A stretch of 64,000 nt of DNA from Antedon mediterranea (GCF_964355755.1 NC_092670.1:18772795-18836794); one strand, 5' to 3'; shown: positions 26,901 to 42,349, numbered from the stretch's first letter. Notes: generated by a model from the letters alone, not told the origin. Translations and numbers: made by a program.

Positions 26901-29900
26901 AGTACATTCTTAGAATGTTAATGTATACTAACGTCAGAAATTAAGGAGAACTAGATCAGTTAAATTGAATTTGGTTCCAAGAAAAGTACTCACTGTAATA
27001 ACGTCATTTTTGCGGAAGCCCAGTTCATCATCGTCGTGACGTTCAAAATCAAGCAATGCTTTTGCTCTCCGTCTTCTTGTTCGTGAAACTGCTACAAATT
27101 GCTCGTGGTCTTTGTGATGGCTACCTAAACTGTAGTCTGGAAGGAGACTCTGTAAATAATAGAGCATGTTATTGTTATAACAGTATGGAATAGTTAGTGC
27201 AATTGACTACAGAACAGCAAGTGTGTACATTGAACGGCCAGTTTTAAAGCTCTGTCTACACTATCAAACTAGTTGGACAAAAAAAGTGTGATGTGCCCAA
27301 ATATTGTAGTAATATTGTTTTTTTGTCACATAAATTTTGATGGTGTAGATAGTCCTTATCCGAGACACCGGAAGTAAGTACATTTTTTTAAAAAGTAAAT
27401 AATCATATACTGTAAAAATCATCGCCAGTTTCTTTGACTATAGAATTACAAGGGGTGTTAAATACCCTTAGAGCTACATCTTTTGAGCTCGTAAGCTCTG
27501 TCTACACTATCAAACTTCATGTGACAAAAAATTTTGATGTGCCCATATACGGACATGACGATGTCATATCACTACCATATGTGGGCATATCACTTCCATA
27601 TTTGGGCACATCACACTTTTTTGACAGAGCTTAAGCTGTATCCAAAACATTGGAATGGAGAAGAGTACGCATTTGTCAATACTATGGAATAACAACAACT
27701 GGATATCAGCTAAAATACCATAGCACCCATGGACTGTGAAAAACACAAACTGGACTTACAACTTTTGAATTTTTGGGGTCAATTTGTTGAAAGTGTCTGC
27801 CCAATTGTAGAATAGCTTCTCTTAAGTCTGTTATCAATTCTGTCTGTCTGATATTCTTGGCCTTCAGATCTTCTGGTTTATCATCTTGACCTATATACAA
27901 CATTGTATATCAATACACTCAGTTATCAAGATTATTTTACTGAAGTTACTGCATTAAATGTTTAATATGCATATTCACTTTAATCTTCTCCGTTTTTACA
28001 GTATCTATGCTATATTAAATTTAAATAATCACCTATGATGATGTATGACTAGTTGCAGTATAAACACAAAAAGGTATTCTGGATAAATAAAATAGCCTAA
28101 AAAGGTAAAATTATTGTGAAAGTACATGAATAAAAGAGACTTACCAAATAGAAGGCCTGTAAAGGATTTTCGCCTTTGAAGATGTCTTTTATTAAGATGC
28201 TAAAGAAACATAAAAGAATTGTTTGTAATTTAACTTTCAAACGTGTAACTTGTGAATCTACATTCTAAAACCCTAAAATGGAAGATATTGGACTGAACTT
28301 ACTTGTTTGGGTAGGTTTCCAGTGTTTTCTGGGTTCACTATTGCACCTTGGTCCGCCATTAAGTAAGCTAAATGCTTGCGTCTATGAGTATCAACTACCA
28401 CGTCTGTCAGGGAGGTAGATGTCTTCATTCCAACCTAAAAATGAAGAAAAATCACCTCATAGTTAATTTAACAGAGATAATACTGTTTATTATACAAGTA
28501 ATAGAAAACAGTTTTTGTTCTGTCAATGTACATACAATATATAGTATAATGGCAGTAAAGTCAACTCTCCCAATAATGGATACCTTTGGGTTGACCTAAT
28601 ATGTCTGATTTTCTGGACAGTCTGGTATTCAGAATGTTTTTTTAATGTTAAAAATGAATTTGGGACCTTTGGTGCCTCAAGAAAAGTCTGGTTTTGGGAA
28701 AGTTTACAGCTTTTAGAGAGTCCGGTATAAGGAGAGTCGACTATTAACATAAATTTAATTTAAGTTGTTTTGACTATAATAAAAACTATTTTACTACTCT
28801 GTACTACACATAGCCCTCTGTTGCTTGTGCATTATTATATGTGTATTATCTACAGTTTTCAGAGCTGAAAGGCAAAGGAGGTTGTAGATTAAAGACTCAC
28901 ATGATTTCTATACACTAACCCAATATCAACAGATATAGGAAAGCAGAAAACCGATGACCACAGTGAATGATAGGGATGATCAACAGATAGAAGAGCTTGA
29001 CAATAGAACCAATGGTAACATGATAGTATAAGACAACTATGGTGTACAGTAGTGATGTTGATGAGTGCATGTTAGGCTGTGCCTACACTATCAAACTAGT
29101 TTGACAAAAAAATTGTGATGTGCCTAAATATGGTAGTGATATGCCTAAATATGGTAGTGATATGACATCATGTCCATATTTGGGCACAACCAATTTTTTT
29201 GTCACAAAATTTGATAGTGTAGACTGAGCTTAAGAGTGATTTTAGATAGTTTATAGATGATCACTACTGACAGTAGTACTAACATAAAATACCGTACTAT
29301 TTGTTTCATACATATCCAACTAATTACAGAATGGATAAACTACAGTATCTTTATAAACTAAGTCATTTGAGGCTTAGAGAGTGGAGTAGTTTGACAGTTG
29401 TGAGGTACAACCCTGGCAATAGGTCAGCATTTAACCCAGGCATTAAATCAGCATTGAACCCTGGTACTTGGTCAGGATTGAACCCTGGCGCTAGGTTAAG
29501 ATTGAACCCTGGCACTAGGTCAGCATTGAACCCAGGCATTAAATCAGCATTGAATCCTGGTACTTGGACAGGATTGAACTCTGGCGCTAGGTCAGGACTG
29601 AACAGTGGCACTACGTCAGGACTGAACCGTGGCACTAGGTCAGGATTGAACCGTGGCACTAGGTCAGGACTGAACCGTGGCACTAGGTCAGGATTGAACC
29701 GTGGCACTAGGTCAGGACTGAACCATGGCACTAGGTCAGGATTGAACCGTGGCACTAGGTCAGGATTGAACCGTGGCACTAGGTCAGGACTGAACCGTGG
29801 CACTAGGTCAGGACTGAACCGTGGCACTAGGTCAGGATTAAACCCTGGTACTAGGTCAGGACTGAACCCTGGTACTAGGTCAGGACTGAACCGTGGCACT

Positions 29901-32900
29901 AGGTCAGGACTAAACTGTGGCACTAGGTCAGGACTAAACCCTGGTACTAGGTCAGGATTTAACCATGGCACTAGGGTCAGGATTGAACCCTGGTACTAGG
30001 TCAGCATTGAACCCTGGTACTAGGTCAGGATTGAACCCTGGTACTAGGTCAGGACTGAACCGTGGCACTAGGTCAGCATTGACCCTGGCACTAGGTCAGC
30101 ATTGACCCTGGTACTAGGTCAGGATTGAACCCTGGTACTGGGTCCGCATTGACCCTGGTACTAGGTCAGGATTGAACCCTGGTACTAGGTCAGGACTAAA
30201 CCGTGGCACTAGATCACAATTTAACCCGGGATCTTGAGTATAAGTGAGGATTATGATATATAAAGTGTACGGCAATGCTAAAAGACTATCAGCATCCTCT
30301 GTCTATAAGCATTTAGCAAACCACACCAGTTGTGGTTGAACACAGCATTCTGCAATGAACACTTGTAGAACAAACTTACGAAGAAAAGAAAACACTGATA
30401 ATGATTATATATACAATCCGTTTGCATGAACAACTGCTTACCAACCTCCACAACCTGTTAAAAGCACTCAACCAATAAATGATCTATCAATTACAATTGT
30501 TATAATTTTTAACTTTGAACAACCTGGCTAGACTATGACATAGCTACATATGTGGGTTTTGTTTATTAAATGCCTAATACTTCTATATTGACATGATATC
30601 CCAGGTAAATAGAATGTAAGTAAGTCATTCTTTTTGTGACTCTCTTAAAATATCCTGATGGTAATAATATTTACTATCAATTTTAACAATATTTACCATA
30701 ATCAACTTGCGAACATCATCAATTTCTCCAGGAAGATCTGATAAAGCGTTAAATATTTGAGCGGAGTTTTCTAGTTCTAGTAATTCTTCTTCCTATATAA
30801 AAATAAAATGAAATAATAAATACAATAATCAGAATTACGTTTAATATATCAACTACATATTCCGTTCATGCACATCACAGAAAAGTGGTTTGAGGTACTA
30901 ATTGGTGGCTAACTTGTGCCTAAAAAAAACAACGAGTTTACGATTCGCATTAATTGTGCATATATAGGGACTGCGAGATGTGTTTCTTCAATCCATTCCG
31001 CGACATAGTTTGGTGGATACCAAGCCGCGGCAATGATCTAACTATGAACTAAAAATGAGTAGGTCCTAGGTAGTTGCAAATCGAATGATCCATAATATTC
31101 AATGGATGGAATGTTTCTGTAAATTCTAGTGCCTATACTTACCGTCACCGGATACATCATTGTCTAATATCATCACATGAACAAAAATCACAATTAACTA
31201 AAATATTATCCCAAAATATCTTCATAATTTTGTATAACATTCAGAATAAAATAAAATCAAAAACAGATATTTATTCTAAAAGAATATTATTACTCCAGTC
31301 TGCATAATAGTAGTATAGTTTCCATTGAATAGATAGCTCCATATGGCTGGCAATATCCAGATATGCTGTTAAACACACAGGCTGTGCCTATGTAATTGTT
31401 CGTTGATTAATAACTGATTCTATTTGTTAGGGATGATAACAATAGAAACAGATGTTCTGCTACTGAAGTCTCATAATATTATGCAAAAAATGGTTGATTC
31501 AACATTGAGAGGCTAATGGTTAAACCACAAAGGTACCAATTAAAACAATTCATTTAATCCAATATGTTCTAAATCATCTTGAAAATGAAACAAGTGTACA
31601 ACAATAAACAGGTGTTTTTTGTTCTGTACAAGTGCTTTCTTCGTGTTTTATTACTACTTGTCTGTTCTTGAAAACAATAAGAATCTTTTTTTTTTCTATG
31701 GATATAATTTCTATTCTGTTTTTTTTATTAAGGGGACACTTTCAGATGTAATGATCAGAAGGGAAAATACATAAATTAAACCGTAGTCAACTCGTATTCA
31801 GTCACCCCCCCCCCCCCCCCACACCCACCCCGTTATGGGAGGAAATTTGTTAGGTCTTAATGGTGTCCCCTTTTATAGGGATTCCACTTTTACTAAACAA
31901 ACTGTATGTTTTTTTTAAGTAACAAACTTGCCTTCATTTTAAGCATTCCCAATGCAACTTGGAAGAGGATAACAGAGCCCTCGCTGAAAAACATGTCCCA
32001 GATACTGAGCAAGACTTTGATGTGAACCACACTAGCAAACGCCGTTAAAAACCAATGTAATGTTATTAACGACAATTCTGAAAATAAGAAGAAATACCTA
32101 AATTAAAAGGATGGAGTACAGAATAATGTTAAATTATATATAGAAGTTAACAAACACATCCCATGCACATGACACATGTAACCCAGTGGTGTAAAGCAGA
32201 GGTCTTGGGTGTTTTTAGCATTTTTGACATATTTGAATGCCTGTTTTTTCCTCTGGACACGGCCCCTGAGTTTAGCCAGTGAGTGCTCATAGTTGTTACG
32301 CCACTGATGTAACCATTAAACTTACGAGGTAGGTAAAGTCTTGTGGGGTGTACATAAAAACACATTTATTACCTCCACTAAGGAAGATATCAAACTTATT
32401 CATATATATTCATTACCAAGCAAGTACAAATTACATTATGAATATAAATTCAAGAATACATTTACGAACCAATGTCATGATTCTGCAGTTGTTTATCAAG
32501 CTGTGGCAAGTAACTAACTAGCAATTGTCGAAGCACTCGTTGATCAGCCTGTAAAAAATAATACATTAAGCTCTTTCTACACAAGTTTGACAAAAAAAGT
32601 GATGTGCCCAAATATGGTAGCAATATGCCAAAATAAGGTAGTGATATGCCTAATTAAGGTAGTGATATGCCTAAATATGGTAGTGCTATGACATCATCAG
32701 GTCCATATATGGGCACATCACATTTTTTTGTAGACAGAGCCTAAAGTCTAAATCAGTATAGAACTCAAGTATACAATTGGATATGTACAAGAGCACACAC
32801 AACATCAACCTCAAGGGCCACATCAGCTTATCCTCAAGTTATCTGGACTCTAGTTGAGTAGTATGATGCTGGTATAATTTGAAACCAAGGCACTGAGAAT

Positions 32901-35900
32901 GAATTGCAAGTACTAGCAATTCTTTATTTTCATATTAGGTTACCTGGACATTTATAATGTACTCTAGTTGAGTATCACAATGCTGGTATTTTGTTTACAT
33001 TTATATATATTTTTAAACATTTAGGCAAATTGCCAAGGATAACCTTTCCTGCCCACAAGACAAACATTATAGTTTATACACAAGATATTGTACATAAAGT
33101 TTTAAGCTCTGTCTACACTATAAAATTAGTTTCGACAAAAAAGTGTGATGTGCCCAAATATGGTAGTGATATGTCCAAATATGGTAGTGATATGACATCA
33201 TTATGTCCATATATGGGCAAATCACATCACATTGTTTGTCACATAGTTTGATAGTGTAGACAGTACAGATCTACTTTAAGTATTTAGGAGTGGAGTTAAT
33301 AACAAGGATGCGATAATTGAAACCCAGTGGGACTGCATGGCAAACACCACACCAGTATTTAATTTTATATTAGGTTACCTGGACTCCTAGTAATGTGGTT
33401 GAGTAGTATGATGCTGGTACCAGGTCCTCAATTATTGCACACATCATCCAGAATGCATCCTCTTCTTCAAGGAATAATAGTAGTGAAGCTGCCATCTACA
33501 AAATTTAAAAAAAATGTTACTATGCTTTTTTAATACAGTAGAACACTACCTTTGGGACACCCCTTTTAAGGTTACACATTCCCATAAAATAATAATAATA
33601 CTAATAATAATAATAGTTCATTCTTATATAGCGCATATAGGCAAGCTCTCAATGCGATGAACATTATTACCCCAGGCAATTTTTTGGATCAAACACGTAT
33701 GGAAACATACTCCCATAAATGCAGCTAGTAATCAGTGGAAAGCTTTGTCTTGATCTAACCGGGTTCCCATACTCCCATAAAATGAACAAGAGGCAATATT
33801 TAAACACTATGACCAACCAACTGCTTAATATGTAATAATTTCACTTCAGAGCAAAAATTCAGTAAAATAATTTTATTTTTTTGTTCCTTTCAGTGAAACA
33901 TAAACATAAAAAGGGAGCACTAAGGAGAGACAGGAGCTGTCAAAGACAACTGTCGCCAATGGGCGTGTCTCATCAACTTAACATGGTTCATAAGAAATCT
34001 TAGTTTCCATAAAATAAAATGGCCAATGTGAATGACAGTTACCACGCCAGTGCCTTGACAATAGCCTATATCTGGATACAGCCACGCTAGCGCCCTCAAG
34101 ATACGTCTAAGTCGTGGAACACCGGTCGCATTCTTTGAACAAAAACATGCATTGCTTGGCATTGTACGTAATAAATCCTGAAAGAACAATTTAATTATAA
34201 ACTTGTATTTCAATTTGTTTAAATTGTACTATTTTTAAAAACAAAACTAAAACATTTTTTATATTTCATGGAGTGAATCCTTATTTAGTAAAAACAGTTA
34301 AGTTAAAGTTTAGTAAAGGTTTAAAGCTGTGTCTACACTATCAAACTAGTTTGACAAATATGGTAATGTTATGATGTCATCGTGTCCATTATTATGAACA
34401 CATCACATTTTTGTGTCACATAAAATTTGATAGTGTAAACAGAGCTTTAGGATAAGACAGTATTTTATAATTAAATTTAACTGAGCTTTTAGGTAGCATA
34501 ATTCTCTTGTTTATTAGTACAATACTATTTTTTCCGAAATGAAAGATTGATAATAAAAAAAACAACAATTTGTTGTATTTTAGTTTCATTTTACATTTGT
34601 CTCATTGCATACCATTTATGCTAAATGATATACTGTAACTTGTATCCTTGTACAAGACAGGAAAGGGTAGGGCCTAGCAGTCAAGAGGACGTGCTTTATC
34701 TCCTATACAATATTACACCTAAGGCTTTATAGACTCTTATCTGCGTTATCATCTGTAGTCCGGTAGTTTTATCTTGGTAATCAGGCCGATACCGTTTTAT
34801 TGACTCAGTGTAAATATTTGTCTTTTTGAATGACGAAAACAATAAATGAAAATTGGGGTGTTCAAATGTTGAGGTCAAATTATATATCACAGTAAATACT
34901 ATAGAAAAGGATGTGGGTAGGGGATTTAAATATTTTGCTATTTCTGTCTTTAGTTATCTTATTGTCTTTGTAATATTAAAGATAATACTGTACATTAAAA
35001 AGATATGGTGTGACTTAAGCTATGTCTACACTATCAAACTTTATTTGACTAAAAATGTGACGTGCCCATATACGGACATGATGATGTCATATTACTACCA
35101 TATTAAAGCATATCACTACCATATTTGGGCACATCACACCTTTTTTGTCAAACTAGTTTGATAGTGTAGACAGAGTTTTAGGCTGACTTACCTTTTCAAT
35201 TTGTTTTGCTGTTAGCGTGTGATCATTCTGACTTGCTTTAATAACTTCCTATGAGAGAAATAAAGGAAACATTTAAACAAATTGATAGATTGAGATGGGA
35301 ATCAAATTACAATTTGGGACAGCTTAAGTACAGCATTGATAGTAATATCCAATTTGGGAAAAATGTGATCTATAAATTTAGTATTATTCATATCTGAGTA
35401 GAATCTTTTTCATGGTTTAATTGAATTAGAATTTTAAAGAGCGCCCTCTCAGGCACTGTAATGCATCTTATGTTTAATAGATATTTTGATACATTGTATC
35501 AAAATATCTTATGAATATGAATTATACACTTATACATACTTACACAATATATCTACAGTAAATAAAATGAAATGGGTTGAGAGGGATAAGTAGGAAAATG
35601 TACTGTTTCATTTGCAATAATATATATATAATTACTGCAACATTTTATTCTATTACTTTTTTTACTTTGTTTGTTTTGTGTATTGGATGCCTTTTATTAA
35701 AGGATGCCCATTTGGACTATAAGTGTATAAATTATTACTACTAATAAACTATATTTAAATAAATTGATCTTGCCTTGTATGTAGTTTCACTTTCTTTCTT
35801 TTTTAGTAAAGCCCCTGAAAATCTCATCCATAGTTGAGGTCGCATGCTATGAGGAATGCCAGACTTGATCATTCCACGCAGTTTGTCAGTTAATGGAAGC

Positions 35901-38900
35901 TTTTGATCAACCTAAAATAAAGACAAAATTAAATGTTTCATCAAAGTTTCCATCTCCTGAGAGTAATGTGGGAGTCTGAATTGATTGGCAGGTTGTTCAC
36001 TTAAGCCTGTTTTCCTGTTGACGTTATTCGACGCTATCGTTAACAAAAATCGGCGATCTTCTACGTAAACATTGACATTTTAACAATTTACAGGAAAATG
36101 TACTTTTTTAACTAACGACGACGATACAAAATGTCGGCAATTTACAGGAAAAGGTGTAATAATCGACGCTACAAGTCGCGATCGTTGACAATCGTTGAAT
36201 CCAGTTCAACTCTAGCGATATCGCAACGCTAAAACGTAAGAACTGACCAATCATCAGGCCGATACAGCACATGACGTCCCATAATTGATGGCAAATTCTG
36301 ATGACTACATTTATTTTTGTTGCATTGCGCAGTCAAAGCTAGGCCTAGCCTTACCAAAGTGGCTATAAAATGATGTTCCCGAAAGTAGGCGTGGGGATAT
36401 TAGGTAGGTCAAAGTCTTCAGCCTAGTCCAAAATACTATTTGTATTGTATACATCTTAATGTTCGAAAATACACATAATGAAACCATGTAATTGTAATTA
36501 GTTGCCTAAAATTGAAAGCTCTTACATTACATTGAGCAAGAAACTAAAGATCAGAATATAATTTTGTAAAAGTTAATGAGGTTCAAAGACATACCTGATC
36601 CCACGTAAAATCTCCAACTTCTGTATTATGTGAAAACTCAAAATATGCAACCCACTTTAAACGATATTGCGGTTCCTCTATAAATGGTTCGCTTAGAAGT
36701 TTGCTAGAATTTGGTTCAGCGCCATCTGGAAATAAAATTAAAACAAATTTATTAAAAAAGGAATAAAGAAACTAAGGAATTTATTAAGAGATTATATCAA
36801 TTAAAAAAACAATCAGTTAAAAGTAAAAAAAATGTACTGTACCTTCTTCTTCCACCCGATACCCAAACTCATCATAGCGGTATTCCGATGGTCCTCTCGA
36901 ATCTTCCGTCTAAGGAACAAAAAAACGTACCGTATTTCAATGTTGGACATACTTTGTGTAACTGTATATATTTTTAGCACACAGTATACAACAGTAAATA
37001 ACTGGCAATTACATGGCATGAAGTGGAATCAACGTCACTTTCTGTATATAAAAAAATACAGTATGTAGCATTTTAACTAATTCTATATTTCTAGCATACC
37101 TGTGCTAACTGGGCAAGAATATCCTGGGGCCACATTGATGGTATAAGAGCGGAGAATGGTCCACCAGGCGAGGGCGACAAACCACCTGTTGAAGAACGTC
37201 TTGTTTTACCCATCTTTCTGTCTAAGTCTTCTTCATCTTCAGATAATGTTTCAGCTGAAATTAGATAAAAACAAACAAATGGTCATTATATTGTTGTAGA
37301 TTGTTAATCTTAGATCGTTAATTTGAATCCGTCAACTAACCTATTTCCCACTAGACAAATTTTATTTGTGAGAATTGAAAGCTTATGCTTATGTGTAGTA
37401 ATATTTAAATTTTTCTTTGTCTAATACCCTTTTCACATCTGAATAAATTGTTACAACTTGTAAAAAGTTGTAACCAGCTTTGCATAGTGTGAAGACAATT
37501 TTGAGGAAAATCTCCTGAGATTTCACAGGGGGCCCTTGTGAAATCTCGGAAGAAAAACACACCAAGAGGCCTGTGTTTTTGTTTCTTACTGCGTGCAAAT
37601 GTATTGCCCTGGTATTAACTGACCAATCATTATAATAATTTCACTTTAGAGAAATTAGTAGTTCGAACAGCGGTTTATACAGATAAGCTACAGTAGGCAC
37701 GAAATAGACTATTTTTAATTAATTTTTTTAACTATTTTTGTGAAGTTAAACAATTTGCGCAACCAATCAGAGGAAATGATTGTAATCGAAAGGTAAATTG
37801 AAGCTAAATTCACTCTTGTACCAGAAAAATGTTTTGCGTGTGTGATGTTTGACTCATGCAAATTAATTCGCCTAGTGGAAAACAGGCTTACAGTAAGACA
37901 CCTACAGTATCTATGTTCATGAAATGGTATCTAATTGAGTATTAAATGAGATTCAAATTATGGTTAAGCAGCTGTGAACACATATTTATGCATGAATTTT
38001 TTTATAAAAAATATCACAAGATGGTAATGTTGATATCTTATCAATTGATATTAATGTAATCATTATAAAAATGAATGTAGTATAATTATTATGTTTATTA
38101 TTATATTAAATATGGCTGGCAGATCATTATGTAATTCACATCAAACTGTGTAAACATGACTTAACTTTGAATAAAAAACATGAAAAAAACATTATCATAT
38201 TCTGAAATAATATTATTTAGTTTGTCAAATACCTTACATCTAAACAAATAAACAATAAAGAATAAGATACTTTTAACCAGTTCACTGCATCCATTAAGAA
38301 TACTTTACAGATATTGATAACCATTCAACTGTATACCTTTTAAATATCAAATCACAGTGATTTAAATGCCACGTATTCTATAGTTAGTAGTATTGTTATA
38401 GTACAGTATTGTGTAGTGAAGGTCTACTTTGTCCTTAACAATTTCAATTCTTTGTAAAAAAATCAATTATATTTTGGAGGAACTGTATAACACGCTCAAT
38501 AAAAAAATGTTATGACAAGAATATTTAATTTCATAAAATTATCAAATGCGATATCGTACTAAGTAATAAAATATACCGTATACAGTACATGACTGAGTAT
38601 AGGTCATGAGAGCCTGGGTATGGAATATATGGAACTCGGAGTGGTATTATACTTGGATGATTGCATTACCAAACTCAAATTTAGCCTAAATTAGGGGGTG
38701 GGTGTTATACTTCAGCATGGGATGGTCAAAAGGTGGGTGCTTACAGTAACGTTGGTGACTTATTAGTTATTGGGGCTACCTTTTTTTTAACCAGGTCAAT
38801 CTAAGTCATGCCTTTTTAAAATTGTATTTCCAAAAACACAATCAATAGGCCAGCTGGCTAAAATACAAAAACAGGTTCTCAAGATTTATTTATTGGGGCT

Positions 38901-41900
38901 ACTAATAAAGGTAAAGTGGTACCAAGCAAAGTGCATTTATCATTTATCATATTTTCAGGAGTGTTTTTAAGGGTTTATTCGAGGGAGTCATATTCAAATT
39001 TATTCAAATAAATCTATTGCGTACAGCATTCTGGTAAACAGTATTTCACCATGTATATTAAGGATGATGCTAAACACATCTATTCTCTTGACAAATTTAA
39101 CATCTTTTAAATTACCAAATATTGTAATTCAATAAATACTATAAAAACTATTGGTTTCATTAATCAATATTTATGCTCTCTCTTCTTTCTTTTAAAAATA
39201 ATAACAAAAATTATGAAAGCAGATATAATTAAAATACCATTGCCATGGAGATTGAAAGGTCACCATTTTCATAGTACCAAATTATCCGTAGGTGTCAATG
39301 AATTAAATTAAAATCATACATTTTTTTTCTTATAGTGATACATATACTGTTGACAATGGTAGAAATGATTTGTTCTTTGAGTCATTTAAATTTTGTTTAA
39401 ATTGTGAAATTTATTTAAGGAAAATATATAATTAACCAATCTATTAAAATGTCTATTTTAATAATACCGGTAACTGTAATTAGCCAATCACAGAAAATCT
39501 AACTTTAACAAACATTCAGAATGTTAGTTATTGTTAGATTCTTATACACTACTGTACATGTTCCAATTGTATCCAGCAATACAGTACAGTTCATCTGCAG
39601 TACACCATATGGATGAAAATTATGCATTATATAATTATTAACTATCTTCTCCATTAACAATTTCAAATTTTATTTGTTTATGGAATTCTTTGTTTTTTTA
39701 ATTTAAAATACACACAAAAGCTGGAAACTCAACCCTCTTAAACTCTTTTGATACTAAAACTATACAGTAGTATTATTAATTTTACAGGCTCAACATTATC
39801 GAAGATATTACTTTATGATTACCATTTACTACCAACAGCATGCACTGAATTAAGTAATGTTCTTACCCTGCCTTAGCCGGCTAAAACCCATGTTCCACCA
39901 AAAATCGGGGTAGAAATACGAAGCTAAAGCGGCCTTTCCTAATCGGTGCATTTAGCCTTGATATTTAAACACGCAAACGAATGTTTTCAACAGATAATTG
40001 CAACATCTTATTCCGGAATTTTTGCTGACAATTTAAGATAGAGGTCATGGCATAGGTCATTTAATTTAAATATTTATGTCTGCTTTTATATAATAATGTA
40101 CACGTGACAATAGTCTACATTAAAAAAAAAAAACCTCTATCATACAGCGTACTTGGAATACGGTACTGCACAGTGCACAGTTTAGCAATTTTATTCTAAA
40201 TAAAAGAATTGAGTATTACTTTATATTACAGTAGGCCTACAGTAGTAGAATATTAAAAGATTATTATAAAAATATCTATTCACACAGGTGTAATGAAGTT
40301 ACATCTTGGAAACAATCTTTACAGTTAATACAACCACAAACAATAATATTGTGTGAAAAGGTCCTTATTAAATTATTTATCACAAGTGATGTATTAATAA
40401 TTTTTCTGTTTGTCACACTGAATTGAAGTAAATATTAAAGAATTTCAATCATTTCAAATCTCACAAAGCTCTATTTCTTGAAAACCAATAATTTGATATG
40501 ATCACATTTTCTGCTTCAGTCTTCACATTGTCAAGGAAGCAAACAAAATATCCTGCAAATATTCTTGATTACCACCTTTCATTTCAAATTCTTTTAACGA
40601 CCTGCGGAACTGTATACAAATCAGGAATGAGAGGATAACAAGCTTACGTCATCATGGTTACATTCAACAACGCATGAATACTGTTAATCAATTCTAAAAA
40701 CAACACAAGAGCTTTATGGACTCTATGAACATTTTGTTAATGTCAATAAAAAGGGAAAGCATTACAATTTAGAATAATAAATGATTGAAATACAATATGT
40801 ATTAATGGTTTTATAGTTATGGTTTTATTATTAGCATTAAAATGAAAATAAATAATCTACAGTTAGTAATAAGCAGGTAACATTCTTTATAATCATTTCA
40901 TTAAAAACTCTACATCTATTATTTAAAACTACAGTAATTAATGAACAAACGTAATTAGGCCAAGAAATCATACCGGAAAAAAAAACCAAACCAATAAATT
41001 GCTGGTAATGGTAATGATGACCATATGTTACAAAATAAAAGTAATTATGATAATAAATAAAAGTCAGCTTTAGCTAAGTGTATTTGGAACAAATTATCAA
41101 TTGAGTTAAAAAGAAATTATCGTACATGCAGGCCAGGAATGTACACACACGACGTATATCAAATTTGTATAGAAAGATAGCAAGCACATCAAACATACTG
41201 TAGCCCACTGATAATAGTCTCCAAGCAATAATGATATGCACACAATCATTATCCTCCTACACGTGTGCGTCACACAGAATTGATGACATCATAAAGGTTA
41301 CCAATAATGCTGCTGCTATTTTAACAGCTTCAATGATTAAATGAACAAGATGTGCGCATAAAAACATTATTTATGAACTGTAAGATTATTTTCATTAAAT
41401 TTTAATTTAAATTTTAATTTAACTAAAGCCTTTTCTTGATAATCTTAAAATATGTTTTAATTGACTCTGTATCTAATTACCCTGGTGTGATGTCATTACA
41501 GGATTGTCGTTGTCATGGTTCACTGATTTTATGTTGAAAATACTGTACTCATAATGTGTTGAGCGTGCCATTTCTATCAATATTGCATACAGTAGTTTGT
41601 ATATTGCAGAATTCATGAAGTGGCATAAAATTATTTAATATTATTGTTAAAGTTATTTTATTAATCCAAAGGCAAATTACTGAAAAAATGACAATGCTGT
41701 GGGTATCAGTGGCTGGATCTCAATGGAGATACAAAATAAAAGCGAAAAGCTAAATCAAAACGAGAAGTAAAACAACCAGAAAAGTTAGCAGAGCTTTCGG
41801 GCAGCACTAGCCCTTCATCAGTGCAAGTTATTTTATTATATATTCTAATGGTTACTAACTACTATACTTTAATAGACTCTGAAAGATCTTACTTGGTAAA

Positions 41901-42318
41901 AATATATTTTAGTTATGTTATATAATGTTAATTATTTAATTGATAGCACACATGGAACACTGTGGAGGATGTACTTAGTGTGTGGGTGATGGCAGAGGTT
42001 TATTAGGATTCATAGGGTGGGGTCAATTAGTTAAATTTGTAACATCTCTTATCATCTTATATTGTATCTGTGATTCATGGAGATGCTTGCAATGTTATTA
42101 CTAATAATTATCAGTAATTTCCTTATTTATAAATATTACAAAAATGTTTATATTAAAATTTTATCATTAAGTTAAAGAAATATATGAATTTGAGCAAAAT
42201 ATGAATGATTAAGTTTGTTGTATATCTATGAATTTCATTAATAATAATATTATCCATTCATCCATACTAATGTATCCTATAGTATAAGTATACCTCCTAG
42301 TATCGTGACTATACAACA

Positions 42319-42349
<31 letters not shown>

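Noticed and set aside
29301-29999. 232-aa and 202-aa heptad-repeat ORFs on both strands
   Set aside because: Products of the 21-bp minisatellite; the frame breaks within the array near 29975.
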